Of a stretch of DNA of 64,000 bases, positions 39,630 through 51,786 are shown in pieces (within the stretch, counting starts at the first letter, position 1; each line of letters opens with the position of its first letter). The DNA comes from Convolutriloba macropyga (lineage: Eukaryota), in assembly GCF_964194025.1 (NCBI RefSeq), contig NC_134471.1, positions 16,306,001 through 16,370,000 of the forward strand. The letters run 5' to 3'. The position numbers and the translations under genes are program-made. A model generated the notes under the pieces. The model worked only from the letters and a program-made list of their open reading frames with translations. It was not told where the DNA came from and did no database searches.

Positions 39630-42532
39630 TGAGGGTATAAACAAGGATGATGATACAAATGATATAACAAAAACAAAAAAAGATATAAATTATGTAACAG
39701 CTTGAAAAACATTAATTGAATAGAAAGTCATGCTATACAGAAACTACATCTACACCTAAGGTACCACGTGCAAGGTAAGTCAAAATAATATTTATCATTT
39801 TCCATTGCCGTTAGCAGAATTTGAGTTGCGGTTTTGGATTTAAAAATTTCCTTGAAAAAACTGAGGCCGACATTAAGAAAATCCGCGGCGTCATTTATAA
39901 TACGTTCAATTCGAAACGATTTTTCTGTACATCTTTTCTTAGCTCGTGTGAGTGCCAGACATTCGCGATCAAGAGTTCGTAGGTTTAAGACTTTTGAGTC
40001 CAACTTGAAAAATTTGTCAAAAGATATGCAATTCTCGTTGTTTAAGATTGCCGTAAAAACACGTATGTCACGCTCGATGAGTTGATTGCAAATTGGCAGA
40101 GAATTGGATAATTTTAGCAGGAAGGAGGTGTCATTGTAACCAAAGCACCAACGCAGGCTATGGATATTGAATGGTTCTAATTTCCGTAGATCAGAAATTT
40201 CAGGAAACCAAGCAGGGTATCCATATAGTAGAACCGACAAAACACATGCCTTGAATAAATTGATTTTAATTCCAGATGGGAGGTTAAACGGAACACTGTG
40301 CTTCAAGTAATTGAACGATCGACGAGCCTTTACTATTTTTGTTTGAATATGAAGACTCCAATTCAACGTTTTGGATACTTCAATTCCCAGATCCGTAATA
40401 TTATCAATCGAAGGAATCTCGACATCACCAATAATTATATTATCCAATGCACTTCTAATAATATGTAAATAACCACTTCTAGCTGAATTGAAAGACAAAT
40501 TGTTACAATAAGCCCATAACCGCAACGAGCATAGATCATTTTGAGCACTATTCAAGCAGACGTCGCCATGGCAGAGCAATTTCGTGTCGTCAGCCTGGCA
40601 GAAAACTTTTGATTCTTCGGGTACGTCAATCATATCATCAATGAAAATTAAAAAGAAAAGTGGTCCCAACACGCTTCCCTGAGGAACACCACTTGTAACT
40701 GGGAGGCTCTCTGATAAAACACCATCTAATTTAACACATTGACGTCTAGATGTTAATTATGGTTAATAAGTTTCACAAAATTTTCATCAAAACCAAAATG
40801 AATAATCTTCAAAAGCAACCTGGTGTGGTCCACACAATCAAAAGCTTTGCTTAAACCTAATTAAACGACAACATGTTCAACGTTTCCGTCAAAATTCAGA
40901 TATAACTCATGCAGAAATGTGACCAATTGCATAAACGTAGAATGTTTTGCACGAAATTCATGTTGTCTAGGATTCAGCCGATCTTTAATCTTTGGATAAA
41001 CAAACAGAAATAGAATTTTCCCTTAAACTGATGATAACCTCGGGAGTATTGAAATAGGCCGATAATTTTCAACGTGCGCTCGAGGTCTTTTTTTGTGAAT
41101 AGGAGTAACATAGGCACATTTCCAATTCTCAAGCCAGAATTGTGATTGAAAACTATATGTGAAAACAAGAGGGACGAATGATGCTAATGTATGTGCCACT
41201 TTAATTAAAATAGTCGGCGGTATACCATCAAAAGCAGGAGTTGAGCTTCTGGGGACCGTTAAAAGATTATTTTGAATTTCGTCAAGGCTGAACAGAACAT
41301 CAGATAACTTGATCTCATTGCCGCACACAAAATCAGTTAATTGTATTTCACTTTTCGGTTGAAAAACTAATTGAAAAAATTTGTTGAACAGATTTGCTTT
41401 CACTGAGTCTTCAAAAGACACCTCGTTTTTGTAGAAATTTTGTTTAGGGAAGAAATTTCTACCATTTAAACTTTTCAACATAGCAAACGCTTCATTTTTT
41501 GAACTTCTGTACATTGTTCAATAAGACCTGCTTGTCAATAAGAATCATTAGCTCCCTTTCAAGGCATTCAACTAAATGTTTCTGGTGTTTTTGAGCTCTA
41601 TTTAGTTTAGGTAAACAATGCATCGTCTGCGATGAATAATAGAATGGAGCTTGGAAGCGCTTTCTCCGTTTTCTGTTAAGACTTTGATTGAGAGCGCAAA
41701 GTACTTTACGGTAGAACGTTGATAGAGAATCCGGATTCAAGTTGTGGCATTGCTGAACGAAAGATCGTGAGAATGTTAGATGCGAAGAAAAAACAGCCTC
41801 GTTAAAAGAGCTTATCGTATAAGCGTGCCCACTTGCATCTTGGTAATCTAGGTCAACATTTGTTAAAAGAATAGGATAATGATCTGAGCACATTTGCACT
41901 ACAATATTGAAGTCCCATTTGACCAATAATTCCAAGATTATGAGTAGGCAAATGAATGATTTGTGTAAGCAATAAATCGTTGCATAAAAATTCTAACAAT
42001 TTTTGCTCGTCAGAATGAGGCGACGAGATGGACTCCCAAGGTACTTTGGGAAAGTTAAAATCACCAAGCAGAATCCACTGGACATTTTTGCGTTGATCAC
42101 AGCTTAGGCTTGCCTCCACATTGGCAAAAACACTTCGCAATTTGTCTTCTGTAGCACCAGGTTTGAAATAAAACAGCGATCCTCGAGGAAGTAAGTATGC
42201 GAGTATAATGCAGAGAGTAGGAATCTGGTTACTAAAGACAAGAACACAAAATTCCTCACAATTTGAATAATAAATTAAGCTAATAGTACCCAAGAAAGCG
42301 TTACTCATTGCTACTAGTAGTCCACCTTTCGATCTGATCACAAAACGAATGTATAAGTGAGACCTGCGAAAACTCCATTATCACTGACCGAATCATCAAG
42401 CCATGTTTCTGTCAGACGGACAACAGTGAAGGAAACTACGCTTAAGAGCTGGCAAACGTTTAGTCTTTTCTCAATCGATAGAACGCTCTGAACGTTAAAA
42501 AGGGGGATCGAAAGTTGAGAGGAGCATTTTGT
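39630..42532 (-). mobile_element. CR1-group LINE ORF2 (APE-RT), duplicate of 45894-48799
   Basis: [56 protein letters not shown]. Confidence 0.9.
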
Positions 42533-43701
42533 AAGTATCCTCCATAACAGTAAGTATCCCTCTTGTAGATGTCTTGCAAATTTCGTTTTGACATGCACAA
42601 AATGTCTTTTGCACTGTGTCTTTATATAGTCAAGATTATAATTTGATCTAATATTTTACCGTGAGTGCCGGCACCCTATATTCATCACGTGTTTAGTGCC
42701 GGCTTCAATTTGATGATGTACATAGCTTCGATAGTCATTTGCTTTTCTACTGTTCATTAGACGTCCAGAGTTTTCCCTTCAATGTCATTTGTGGCGCACA
42801 AAATTCAACCAGATGTTGATCCACCTGTGAATCCTTCTTTTGATGTTCTGACATCCTTGTGGTAACCTGCCGGCTGGTTTGCATTACAAAGATGGATTTG
42901 CATCCATTACATTTTATCTCATATCCCACGTGGGATTTCAGGTCTCCGTCGAAAGATGATTAGGGAGGGATGATCTTAATTTTTGCGTTATAAAAACCAA
43001 TTGCGATTCGCATAGTTTCTTCAATTTGTTTGCAAAACTCTGAGTAAGATTGCCTCTGTTTTGTAGAAAAATAGTTGGCATATCTTGAGACCTAGTCTTG
43101 TTTTTTTGATGCTGCTTTGGTGTTTTTCTTGTTCTCAATTGGGCTTTACCATTTATTATCTTTTCTAAATTCTGATTCAATGTTTTTGAAGACCATTCCT
43201 CTTGATACTGATTTTTGGTCCAGCAAGTTTTGTTCTCTTCAAGAGTCTGATCGAAGGCGAGGCAATTAGATGTTGCATTAAAAACCCTGTGAACCCTCCC
43301 TTGAATCACATTTTTCATAAGCTGAAGCGGTGCACAGCTGCGAAAATTCAGTATTATTCCAGTGTCAGTTGGTTTTTTCATACCATTGACAGGTGATATT
43401 ACTTTTGTTGCTCACATTTACGTTAATGTCAGGAAAAACCAAATTCCCTTCCATATAAAATTTTTCTATGAAAAATTGCAGGTTGTTGTGTAATGAATTT
43501 GCAAANNNNNNNNNNNNNNNNNNNNNNNNNNNNNNNNNNNNNNNNNNNNNNNNNNNNNNNNNNNNNNNNNNNNNNNNNNNNNNNNNNNNNNNNNNNNNNN
43601 NNNNNNNNNNNNNNNNNNNNNNNNNNNNNNNNNNNNNNNNNNNNNNNNNNNNNNNNNNNNNNNNNNNNNNNNNNNNNNNNNNNNNNNNNNNNNNNNNNNN
43701 N

Positions 43702-45598
43702 TGTTCGAACCGCCGAGGGATCTCTCTATTGTCAGTACCAGGCAAAGTGTTCGCTTCCGTTATTCTCAATCGATGCAAAGATTCAGTGGATCGCGTCCTA
43801 AGGGAAGAGCAGTGCGGCTTCAGAAAAAGCAGAGGATGCGCCGATCAACTCTTTGCCCTGCGTCAAATAATAGAGAAATCAATGGTGTTTCAATTGGATA
43901 TTAGCTTTTGTTTCATAGACTTTCGAGCGGCATTCGATTCTGTCGATCGTGAGCAGATGTACCAGATAATGAAACACTATGGTCTTCCGCAAAAAGTGAT
44001 AAACATCATAAGAAACAGCTATGATGGATTCAAATGTCGAGTCAAAGCCGAAGGTGAGAAGGGACGCTTATTTGATGTCAGAACGGGCGTTAGGCAGGGT
44101 GATGTGTGGTCCCCAATCCTATTCGGCCTTGTCATTAACTACATTTTGGCTAACTCGGTGCGTGGAGGATTAGACATTGGGAGATTGGTGGCTGACTTAG
44201 ATTTTGCTGATGATGTTGCTCTCGTGGGGGTCTCAGACAGTGAGGTGCAAGAAAACCTACATCGAATCGAGGCCCTTGCGGAAGCCGCTGGTCTGAAGAT
44301 TAATGTGGCCAAAACAAAGAATATGGGCGTAAAATGCGACAGCCCAAATGTTGTTGCAGTGCCTAGTATCCAACAGAACGTGGAGATACTCACTGGAACA
44401 CATAAAGGCAAACTAGGACTCCTGGCAGAGACATCTAGCCAGTCACGACTAACCATCAGCACGGAGGTGCTGCTGGGAACGAAAAAGAAAGCGGGCTGGT
44501 TCGAAACACAAGATGGCCGGAAGCTAAGATTGAAAAGCTTAGCGGTGGCTAAGCCAGCGTTGGTAGCTTCACAACAACAATCTGCGGTAGCAGATTCAGA
44601 GTCGCTAGAAATTGAGAGTCGGTCAGTGGTGGCTGACCAAGAGTCTTTAAGATGTCAGAATTGTCAGCGGCAATTCAGTACAGTTACCGGACGCAAAGTG
44701 CACCAAACAAGATTCTGCAAAACCGGTTTGTCAAAGAATGTCGTCGACAAGTCAAAGTTCGAGCAACTAGAGGCGAGCCTTACCTGTGACAAGTGTGAAA
44801 AAAGTTCAAAACAGTCAATGGCCGAAAAGTTCAACAATCGAGATACTGTGGCAAACCTAAAGCAGTTGCCACACGCGTGTTTTCCTGCAAAGTACAAGAT
44901 GTTCTCGGAAACGAGTTTGAAAACATAGAAGCGTTCAAGTATCTCGGATCATATGTCAGCCTCAAGCATGGAGACCTGCAGGAAGTCAATTGCAAACTTG
45001 CAGAAGGTAGACAACGGTTTGCTAACTTCCAAAATCTCTGGAAGAGCAAGCAGCTCAGCGTGCACCTCAAGTGCAATTTGTACAAAGCACTCGTTTTATC
45101 AGCCGTGCTGTACAGCTCAGAGACTTGGACTCTTTCGAAATTAATGGAGAAAAAACTTGAGAGTTTCCACTGTGGTTGTCTTCGGAGAATTCCACGTGTG
45201 TCATATCTGGAGAAAACAACGAACGAAGAAATTATGTCAAGATCACGAATGCCCCAACTATCCACGATGATCAAGCTCAAACGGATAAAATGGTACGGAC
45301 ACATCCAGAGAATGGAACCAGGAAGATTAGCCCGCAGTGCCTTCGATTGGGACCCGCCCGATCAATACGTCCATGCTAGACGCGCTCCTGGGGGGCAACG
45401 GAAAACATGGATGAGTCAAATCGAAGGAGACTGTGTACGAAACAAAGTATCGTTCACCAGATTGCAGGAGAAAGCAGCAACCGGGTCAAAGAATGCCTTC
45501 AACAATTTCGTCGTACAGCACTTCACAGAATAACCAAACAAATAACTCTTCTTGTTTTGTTTGTATTTGTTGCCAACCGTGCCTTTATTTCATATTTG
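43702..45598 (+). mobile_element. RTE-like LINE RT region, nearly intact (one frameshift at ~44800)
   Basis: RGISLLSVPGKV, EQCGFRKSRGCADQ, FIDFRAAFDSV, GVRQGDVWSP, FADD, FKYLGS, LYSSETWTL, WYGHIQRM. Confidence 0.9.
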
Positions 45599-45893
45599 NN
45601 NNNNNNNNNNNNNNNNNNNNNNNNNNNNNNNNNNNNNNNNNNNNNNNNNNNNNNNNNNNNNNNNNNNNNNNNNNNNNNNNNNNNNNNNNNNNNNNNNNNN
45701 NNNNNNNNNNNNNNNNNNNNNNNNNNNNNNNNNNNNNNNNNNNNNNNNNNNNNNNNNNNNNNNNNNNNNNNNNNNNNNNNNNNNNNNNNNNNNNNNNNNN
45801 NNNNNNNNNNNNNNNNNNNNNNNNNNNNNNNNNNNNNNNNNNNNNNNNNNNNNNNNNNNNNNNNNNNNNNNNNNNNNNNNNNNNNNNNNNNNN

Positions 45894-48800
45894 CTGAGGG
45901 TATAAACAAGGATGATGATACAAATGATATAACAAAAACAAAAAAAGATATAAATTATGTATTAGCTTGAAAAACATTAATTGAATAGAAAGTCATGCTA
46001 TACAGAAACTACATCTACACCTAAGGTACCACGTGCAAGGTAAGTCAAAATAATATTTATCATTTTCCATTGCCAATAGTAGAATTTGAGTTGCGGTTTT
46101 GGATTTAAAAATTTCCTTGAAAAAACTGAGGCCGACATTAGGAAAATCCGCGGCGTCATTTATAATACGTTCAACTCGAAACGACTTTTCTGTACATCTT
46201 TTCTTAGCTCGTGTTAGTGCCAGACATACGCGATCAAGAGTTCGTAGGTTTAAGACTTTTGAGTCCAACTTGAAAAATTTGTCAAAAGATATGCAATTCT
46301 CGTTGTTTAAGATTGCCGTAAAAACACGTACGTCACGCTCGATGAGTTGATTGCAAATTGGCAGAGAATTGGATAATTTTAGCAGGAAGGAGGTGTCATT
46401 GTAACCAAAGCACCAACGCAGGCTATGGATATTGAATGGTTCTAATTTCCGTAGATCAGAAATTTCAGGAAACCAAGCAGGGTATCCATATAGTAGAACC
46501 GACAAAACACATGCCTTGAATAAATTGATTTTAATTCCAGATGGGAGGTTAAACTGAACACTGTGCTTCAAGTAATTGAACGATCGACGAGCCTTTACTA
46601 TTTTTGTTTGAATATGAAGACTCCAATTCAACGTTTTGGATACTTCAATTCCCAGATCCGTAATATTATCAATCGAAGGAATCTCGACATCACCAATAAT
46701 TATATTATCCAATGCACTTCTAATAATATGTAAATAACCACTTCTAGCTGAATTAAAAGACAAATTGTTACAATAAGCCCATAACCGCAACGAGCATAGA
46801 TCATTTTGAGCACTATTCAAGCAGACGTCGCTATGGCAGAGCAATTTCGTGTCGTCAGCCTAGCAGAAAACTTTTGATTCTTCGGGTACGTCAATCATAT
46901 CCTCAATGAAAATTAAAAAGAAAAGTGGTCCCAACACGCTTCCCTGAGGAACACCACTTGTAACTGGGAGGCTCTCTGATAAAACACCATCTAATTTAAC
47001 ACATTGACGTCTAGATGTTAAAATAATGGTTAATAAGTTTCACAAAATCTTCATCAAAACCAAAATGAATAATCTTCAAAAGCAGCCTGGTGTGGTCCAC
47101 ACAATCAAAAGCTTTGCTTAAACCTAAATAAACGACAACTTGTTCAACGTTTCCGTCAAAATTCAGTTATAACTCATGCAGAAATGTGACCAATTGCGTA
47201 AACGTAGAATGTTTTGCACGAATTTCATGTTGTCTAGGATTCAGCCGATCTTTAATCTTTGGATAAACAAACAGAAATAGAATTTTCCCTTAAACTGATG
47301 ATAACCTCGGGAGTATTGAAATAGGCCGATAATTTTCAACGTGCGCTCGAGGTCTTTTTTTGTGAATAGGAGTAACATAGGCACATTTCCAATTCTCAAG
47401 CCAGAATTATGATTGAAAACTATATGTGAAAACAAGACGGACAAATGATGCTAATGTATGTGCCACTTTAATTAAAATAGTCGGCGGTATGCCATCAAAA
47501 GCAGGAGTTGAGCTTCTGGGGACCGTTAAAAGATTATTTTGAATTTCGTCAAGGCTGAACAGAACATCAGATAACTTGATCTCATTGCCGCACACAAAAT
47601 CAGTTAATCGTATTTCACTTTTCGGTTGAAAAACTAATTGAAAAAATTTGTTGAACAGATTTGCTTTCACTGAGCCTTCAAAAGACACCTCGTTTTTGTA
47701 GAAATTTTGTTTAGGGAAGAAATTTCTACCATTTAAACTTTTCAACATAGCAAACGCTTCATTTTTTGAACTTCTGTACATTGTTCAATAAGACCTGCTT
47801 GTCAATAAGAATCATTAGCTCCCTTTCAAGGCATTCAACTAAATGTTTCTGGTGTTTTCGAGCTTTATTTAGTTTAGGTAAACAATGCATCGTCTGCGAT
47901 GAATAATAGAATGGAGCTTGGAAGCGCTTTCTCCGTTTTCTGTTAAGACTTTGATTGAGAGCGCAAAGTACTTTACGGTAGAACGTTGATAGAGAATCCG
48001 GATTCAAGTTGTGGCATTCCTGAACGAAAGATCGTGAGAATGTTAGATGCGAAGAAAAAACAGCCTCGTTAAAAGAGCTTATCGTATAAGCGTGCCCACT
48101 TGCATCATGGTAATCTAGGTCAACATTTGTTAAAAGAATAGGATAATGATCTGAGCACATTTGCACTACAATATTGAAGTCCCATTTGACCAATAATTCC
48201 AAGATTATGAGTAGGCAAATGAATGATTTGTGTAAGCAATAAATCGTTGCATAAAAATTCTAACAATTTTTGCTCGTCAGAATGAGGCGACGAGATGGAC
48301 TCCCAAGGTACTTTGGGAAAGTTAAAATCACCAAGCAGAATCCACTGGACATTTTTGCGTTGATCACAGCTTAGGCTTGCCTCCACATTGGCAAAAACAC
48401 TTCGCAATTTGTCTTCTGTAGCACCAGGTTTGAAATAAAACAGCGATCCTCGAGGAAGTAAGTATGCGAGTATAATGCAGAGAGTAGGAATCTGGTTACT
48501 AAAGACAAGAACACAAAATTCCTCACAATTTGAATAATAAATTAAGCTAATAGTACCCAAGAAAGCGTTACTCATTGCTACTAGTAGTCCACCTTTCGAT
48601 CTGATCACAAAACGAATGTATAAGTGAGACCTGCGAAAACTCCATTATCACTGACCGAATCATCAAGCCATGTTTCTGTCAGACGGACAACAGTGAAGGA
48701 AACTACGCTTAAGAGCTGGCAAACGTTTAGTCTTTTCTCAATCGATAGAACGCTCTGAACGTTAAAAAGGGGGATCGAAAGTTGAGAGGAGCATTTTGTC

Positions 48801-49733
48801 TGTAGTCAATTCTGTTGTTGTACACGACCACGGCGAATTTTGTATATGTTCGCAGGATTTTGACTTTCAAGTTGACGCTTCTGCGATCGCAAATTGTACT
48901 ACTGCGCTCTCTCAGCTTTAGTTAAGTCTGGTGACACATATACACAACCGAAATTCTCACAATCCCTCAATGCTACTGACTTACGCAGAAATTGATTTCG
49001 TTTTATCATTTCTTTAAACTTCAATAACTGATTTCCTGTATCACATTTTGGTTTTCCAATCCATTTACATTGAACATCAGATGACACAAGAGATACATCA
49101 ATTTGCTTTGCAATTTTTTCAACAATATCGTAGCCAGCACAATTCTCAGATGGCTTTGTCCCTTTTACGATTAAATTTAATCTTTTCGCATCTTTACGTG
49201 ATTGCCATTGCTGAATTTCAGCAAACAATGTTGCTCGAGTCTGCTGCTTATTTTTCAAGGAATTCGTTACCACTTCTGAGTACGATTTTGAATGTTTCAA
49301 CTGATTAGAAGCACAACAAAAGCCGCAAGTGAAAGGTTTGAGAGCAGTCAAAATTAGCGGGGACCAAAACTTTTGTATGTACAGGACAATTCGTAGTCGT
49401 GCGTGCTATTAGTTTTTCAACTAGATCATCGCTGGTGGTACCGATATTGTTACGTGTTCGCGAAGGCATTAAGATGTTATTTAATAAATAGCCTATGGAA
49501 CCAATACGCACCGGCGGCTTAAGTAGATAAAAAGACTGGTAGTGTCTATGGAACCAATACTGGCACCGACGACGCAGAAAAGATACAGCAACAAAAAGTG
49601 CCCGTCAAGCTAGGAACGAGGGGTCTTTGGAATATAATCCTGTGGAACCAATGTTAGCACCGGGGGATATGTTTTGTTCAAGTCCCTAGCTCAATTCGAT
49701 CTATTTAATAAGTTTATCACAACAATTAGGCTA
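45894..49733 (-). mobile_element. Full-length decayed CR1-group LINE (5' leader, 5'UTR, ORF1 ~49469-48830, ORF2 APE-RT), inserted in a Penelope element
   Basis: ORF1 motifs NLIVKG and VYVSPDLTKAER; ORF2 motifs as in the duplicate. Three GGTGC..ATTGGTTCCA repeats in the 5'UTR (49493, 49546, 49640). Confidence 0.88.
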
Positions 49734-49950
49734 GGTTGCTTGAATAGAGCTCTCTTTGAGCAATTTCTGTAGCCTCTCCAACCGGCACGTTGGTGTACAA
49801 ACTTTTGTTACGTCAAGAAATTTTATATGCTCGTTATCTTTAAGAGAGAGAGACTCTAAGGCCTTTAGCATCTTGCGTGTTGGTTTCAATGTTGGCAATT
49901 TTAATCGCAATTTATTTGACAATTCATTTTTCTCTGCAGCCGTAAAATAA
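49734..49950 (-). mobile_element. Penelope-like RT fragment (upstream part of the interrupted element)
   Basis: LESLSLKDNEHIKFLDV, then after a frameshift LYTNVPVGEATEIA..ELYSS. Confidence 0.65.
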
Positions 49951-50353
49951 AACTAATTAGGCACTGTTTTTAATTACTGTTTGATGCCAGCTAGTCTACA
50001 CTCCTCTAACCAGCAATTAATGAAAAGCTGGGTTTTATCGTGAACAGCAGGAAAAGACACCGCGCGTCGTGATTCAGTTCAGCTGATTAGTTTATTTCAG
50101 GTTGCGATTCCATTGTTTCATAAGATTTAGGTTATTTGTTAGTATTTTTGTTGTGAATTTTTGGTTCTGCCGAGGGAATTCATCGCTTATAACCACGTAG
50201 TATCTGTCAAATGGAAGCATGGGGCTGTCTTGGCGTCCCTGGTTTTGACAGACTTCCTTTTTAGGAGAGTGGCGTTCTTTTGATCGAATTTCTACTTAAA
50301 AGAATCCTGGGTTTTGTTTTTTAACTTTCTATGAAATGATTCTAAGATTAAGT

Positions 50354-51109
50354 ATGGGCCTTCTCGAAGATTGCGAGCAGTGCTTCAACACATCGGTTCT
50401 CTACGATATATTGGGTGTCGAAACAAATGTGAGTTCAAGTGACTTGAAAAAAGCGTTTTACAAGAAATCGCTGGAGTTTCACCCTGACAGGAAAAAGGGT
50501 GCGCCTGATGAAGAAGAAAGTACCCTCAAATTTCAAACATTAAACAAGGTGTACAAATTTCTTTCGGATGAAGAGAAGCGAAAAGTATATGATGAAACAG
50601 GGGAAGTTGAAGACACTGATGCTGCGTTATTCGAGAACGATGACTTAGACTTTATGGTTTTCTGGAGGAACCTGTTTCCGAAAGTGACGAAAAAGGACAT
50701 CATGGATTTTAAAGCAAAGTTCAAGCATTCTGAAGAGGAGAAGGAGGATTTGAAGAAATTTTATCTGAAGTTCGAAGGAAACATGGATAGAATTTTCGAA
50801 TGTCTGATGTTTGCTGAAATCGCCGATGAAGAGCGGTACCACAAAATTATAAATGAGATGATTGAATCCAAAAAGATACCCGCATTCAAAGCGTTCACGA
50901 ATGAACCCAAAAAGAAAAAAGATGCTCGGAAGCGCAAATACGAACGTGAGGCTAGGGAAGCTGCCAAAGTTACCGAAAATGGGGGTCTAGAAGATTTGAC
51001 GGCGGCTATTTTGGGTCGTAAAGATAGAGAGAAGACTCACAATGATTTCTTGGCAAATTTGGAGGCAAAGTATGCTTCGGCCGGCAAGAAAAAGCCCAAA
51101 AAGAAGTGA
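50354..51109 (+). CDS. DNAJC9: DnaJ homolog subfamily C member 9 (single coding exon)
   Basis: MGLLEDCEQCF start, J-domain with HPD, FWRNLFPKVTKKDI..F...SEEEKEDLKK, GNMDRIFE, C-terminal NDFLANLEAKY. Confidence 0.92.
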   Translation: MGLLEDCEQCFNTSVLYDILGVETNVSSSDLKKAFYKKSLEFHPDRKKGAPDEEESTLKFQTLNKVYKFLSDEEKRKVYDETGEVEDTDAALFENDDLDFMVFWRNLFPKVTKKDIMDFKAKFKHSEEEKEDLKKFYLKFEGNMDRIFECLMFAEIADEERYHKIINEMIESKKIPAFKAFTNEPKKKKDARKRKYEREAREAAKVTENGGLEDLTAAILGRKDREKTHNDFLANLEAKYASAGKKKPKKK

Positions 51110-51786
51110 TATTCCAAAACTACTGAATATGAACTGGTGTTTTGAGTACTGTTTTTTGATTGAGTGTCCTAGTTTGCTGTTTTTATTGGATGCAATTACT
51201 TACAATTCAATTCGGATTCTTAATATTTTGTTTTCTCTTCCTACTGATTCTGTTAATAGGGTCTCCTATGCGGCATTCTATAGCCGTTCTCATAGAGTTG
51301 AGGTAAAAAATGTTTCAAAAATCAGTGGACATTGTTCAAAAGTCAGTTGAAATTTAAAAGATGTAGAGCTAAAGGGAAAAAACGTTGACGTTCGGCTGAC
51401 TTCATTGATGCCCAATTGCTATCGTGTTTTTCAAACTATTTCAACTTATTAGAAAGACTGGTCTGTCCCATAAAGTTGCTACGCTAGTTAACGTTTCAAA
51501 TTTCACATTTAAAACATGCAGATATCAACCCTTTGATGTTCATTTGCATGTCTGGAGTCTTTTGAACGTTCATTAGCGTTTTAATTTTATGGGACTATTA
51601 ATATCTCCGTTCTGTTAAGGCATCAAGCATTTCTTGGGCATCAATGCAAATCAATGCATTTATAGCTGTGTCGAACCTCTGATGTAGCGATAGATGGAAA
51701 CGTGCAAGCGCGTCATTTTCAAGAATATGTTTAGTTTCGATATGTTCAGGTACAAAATAGCCTGTATGAACTTTCAGACTTGCGAT

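Larger units (their letters stand above)
38275..48799. repeat. Tandem segmental duplication (38275-42532 / 42545-48799) spanning gaps
   Basis: PLE and LINE blocks repeated at high identity; unique junction at 42531-42545. Confidence 0.8.
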
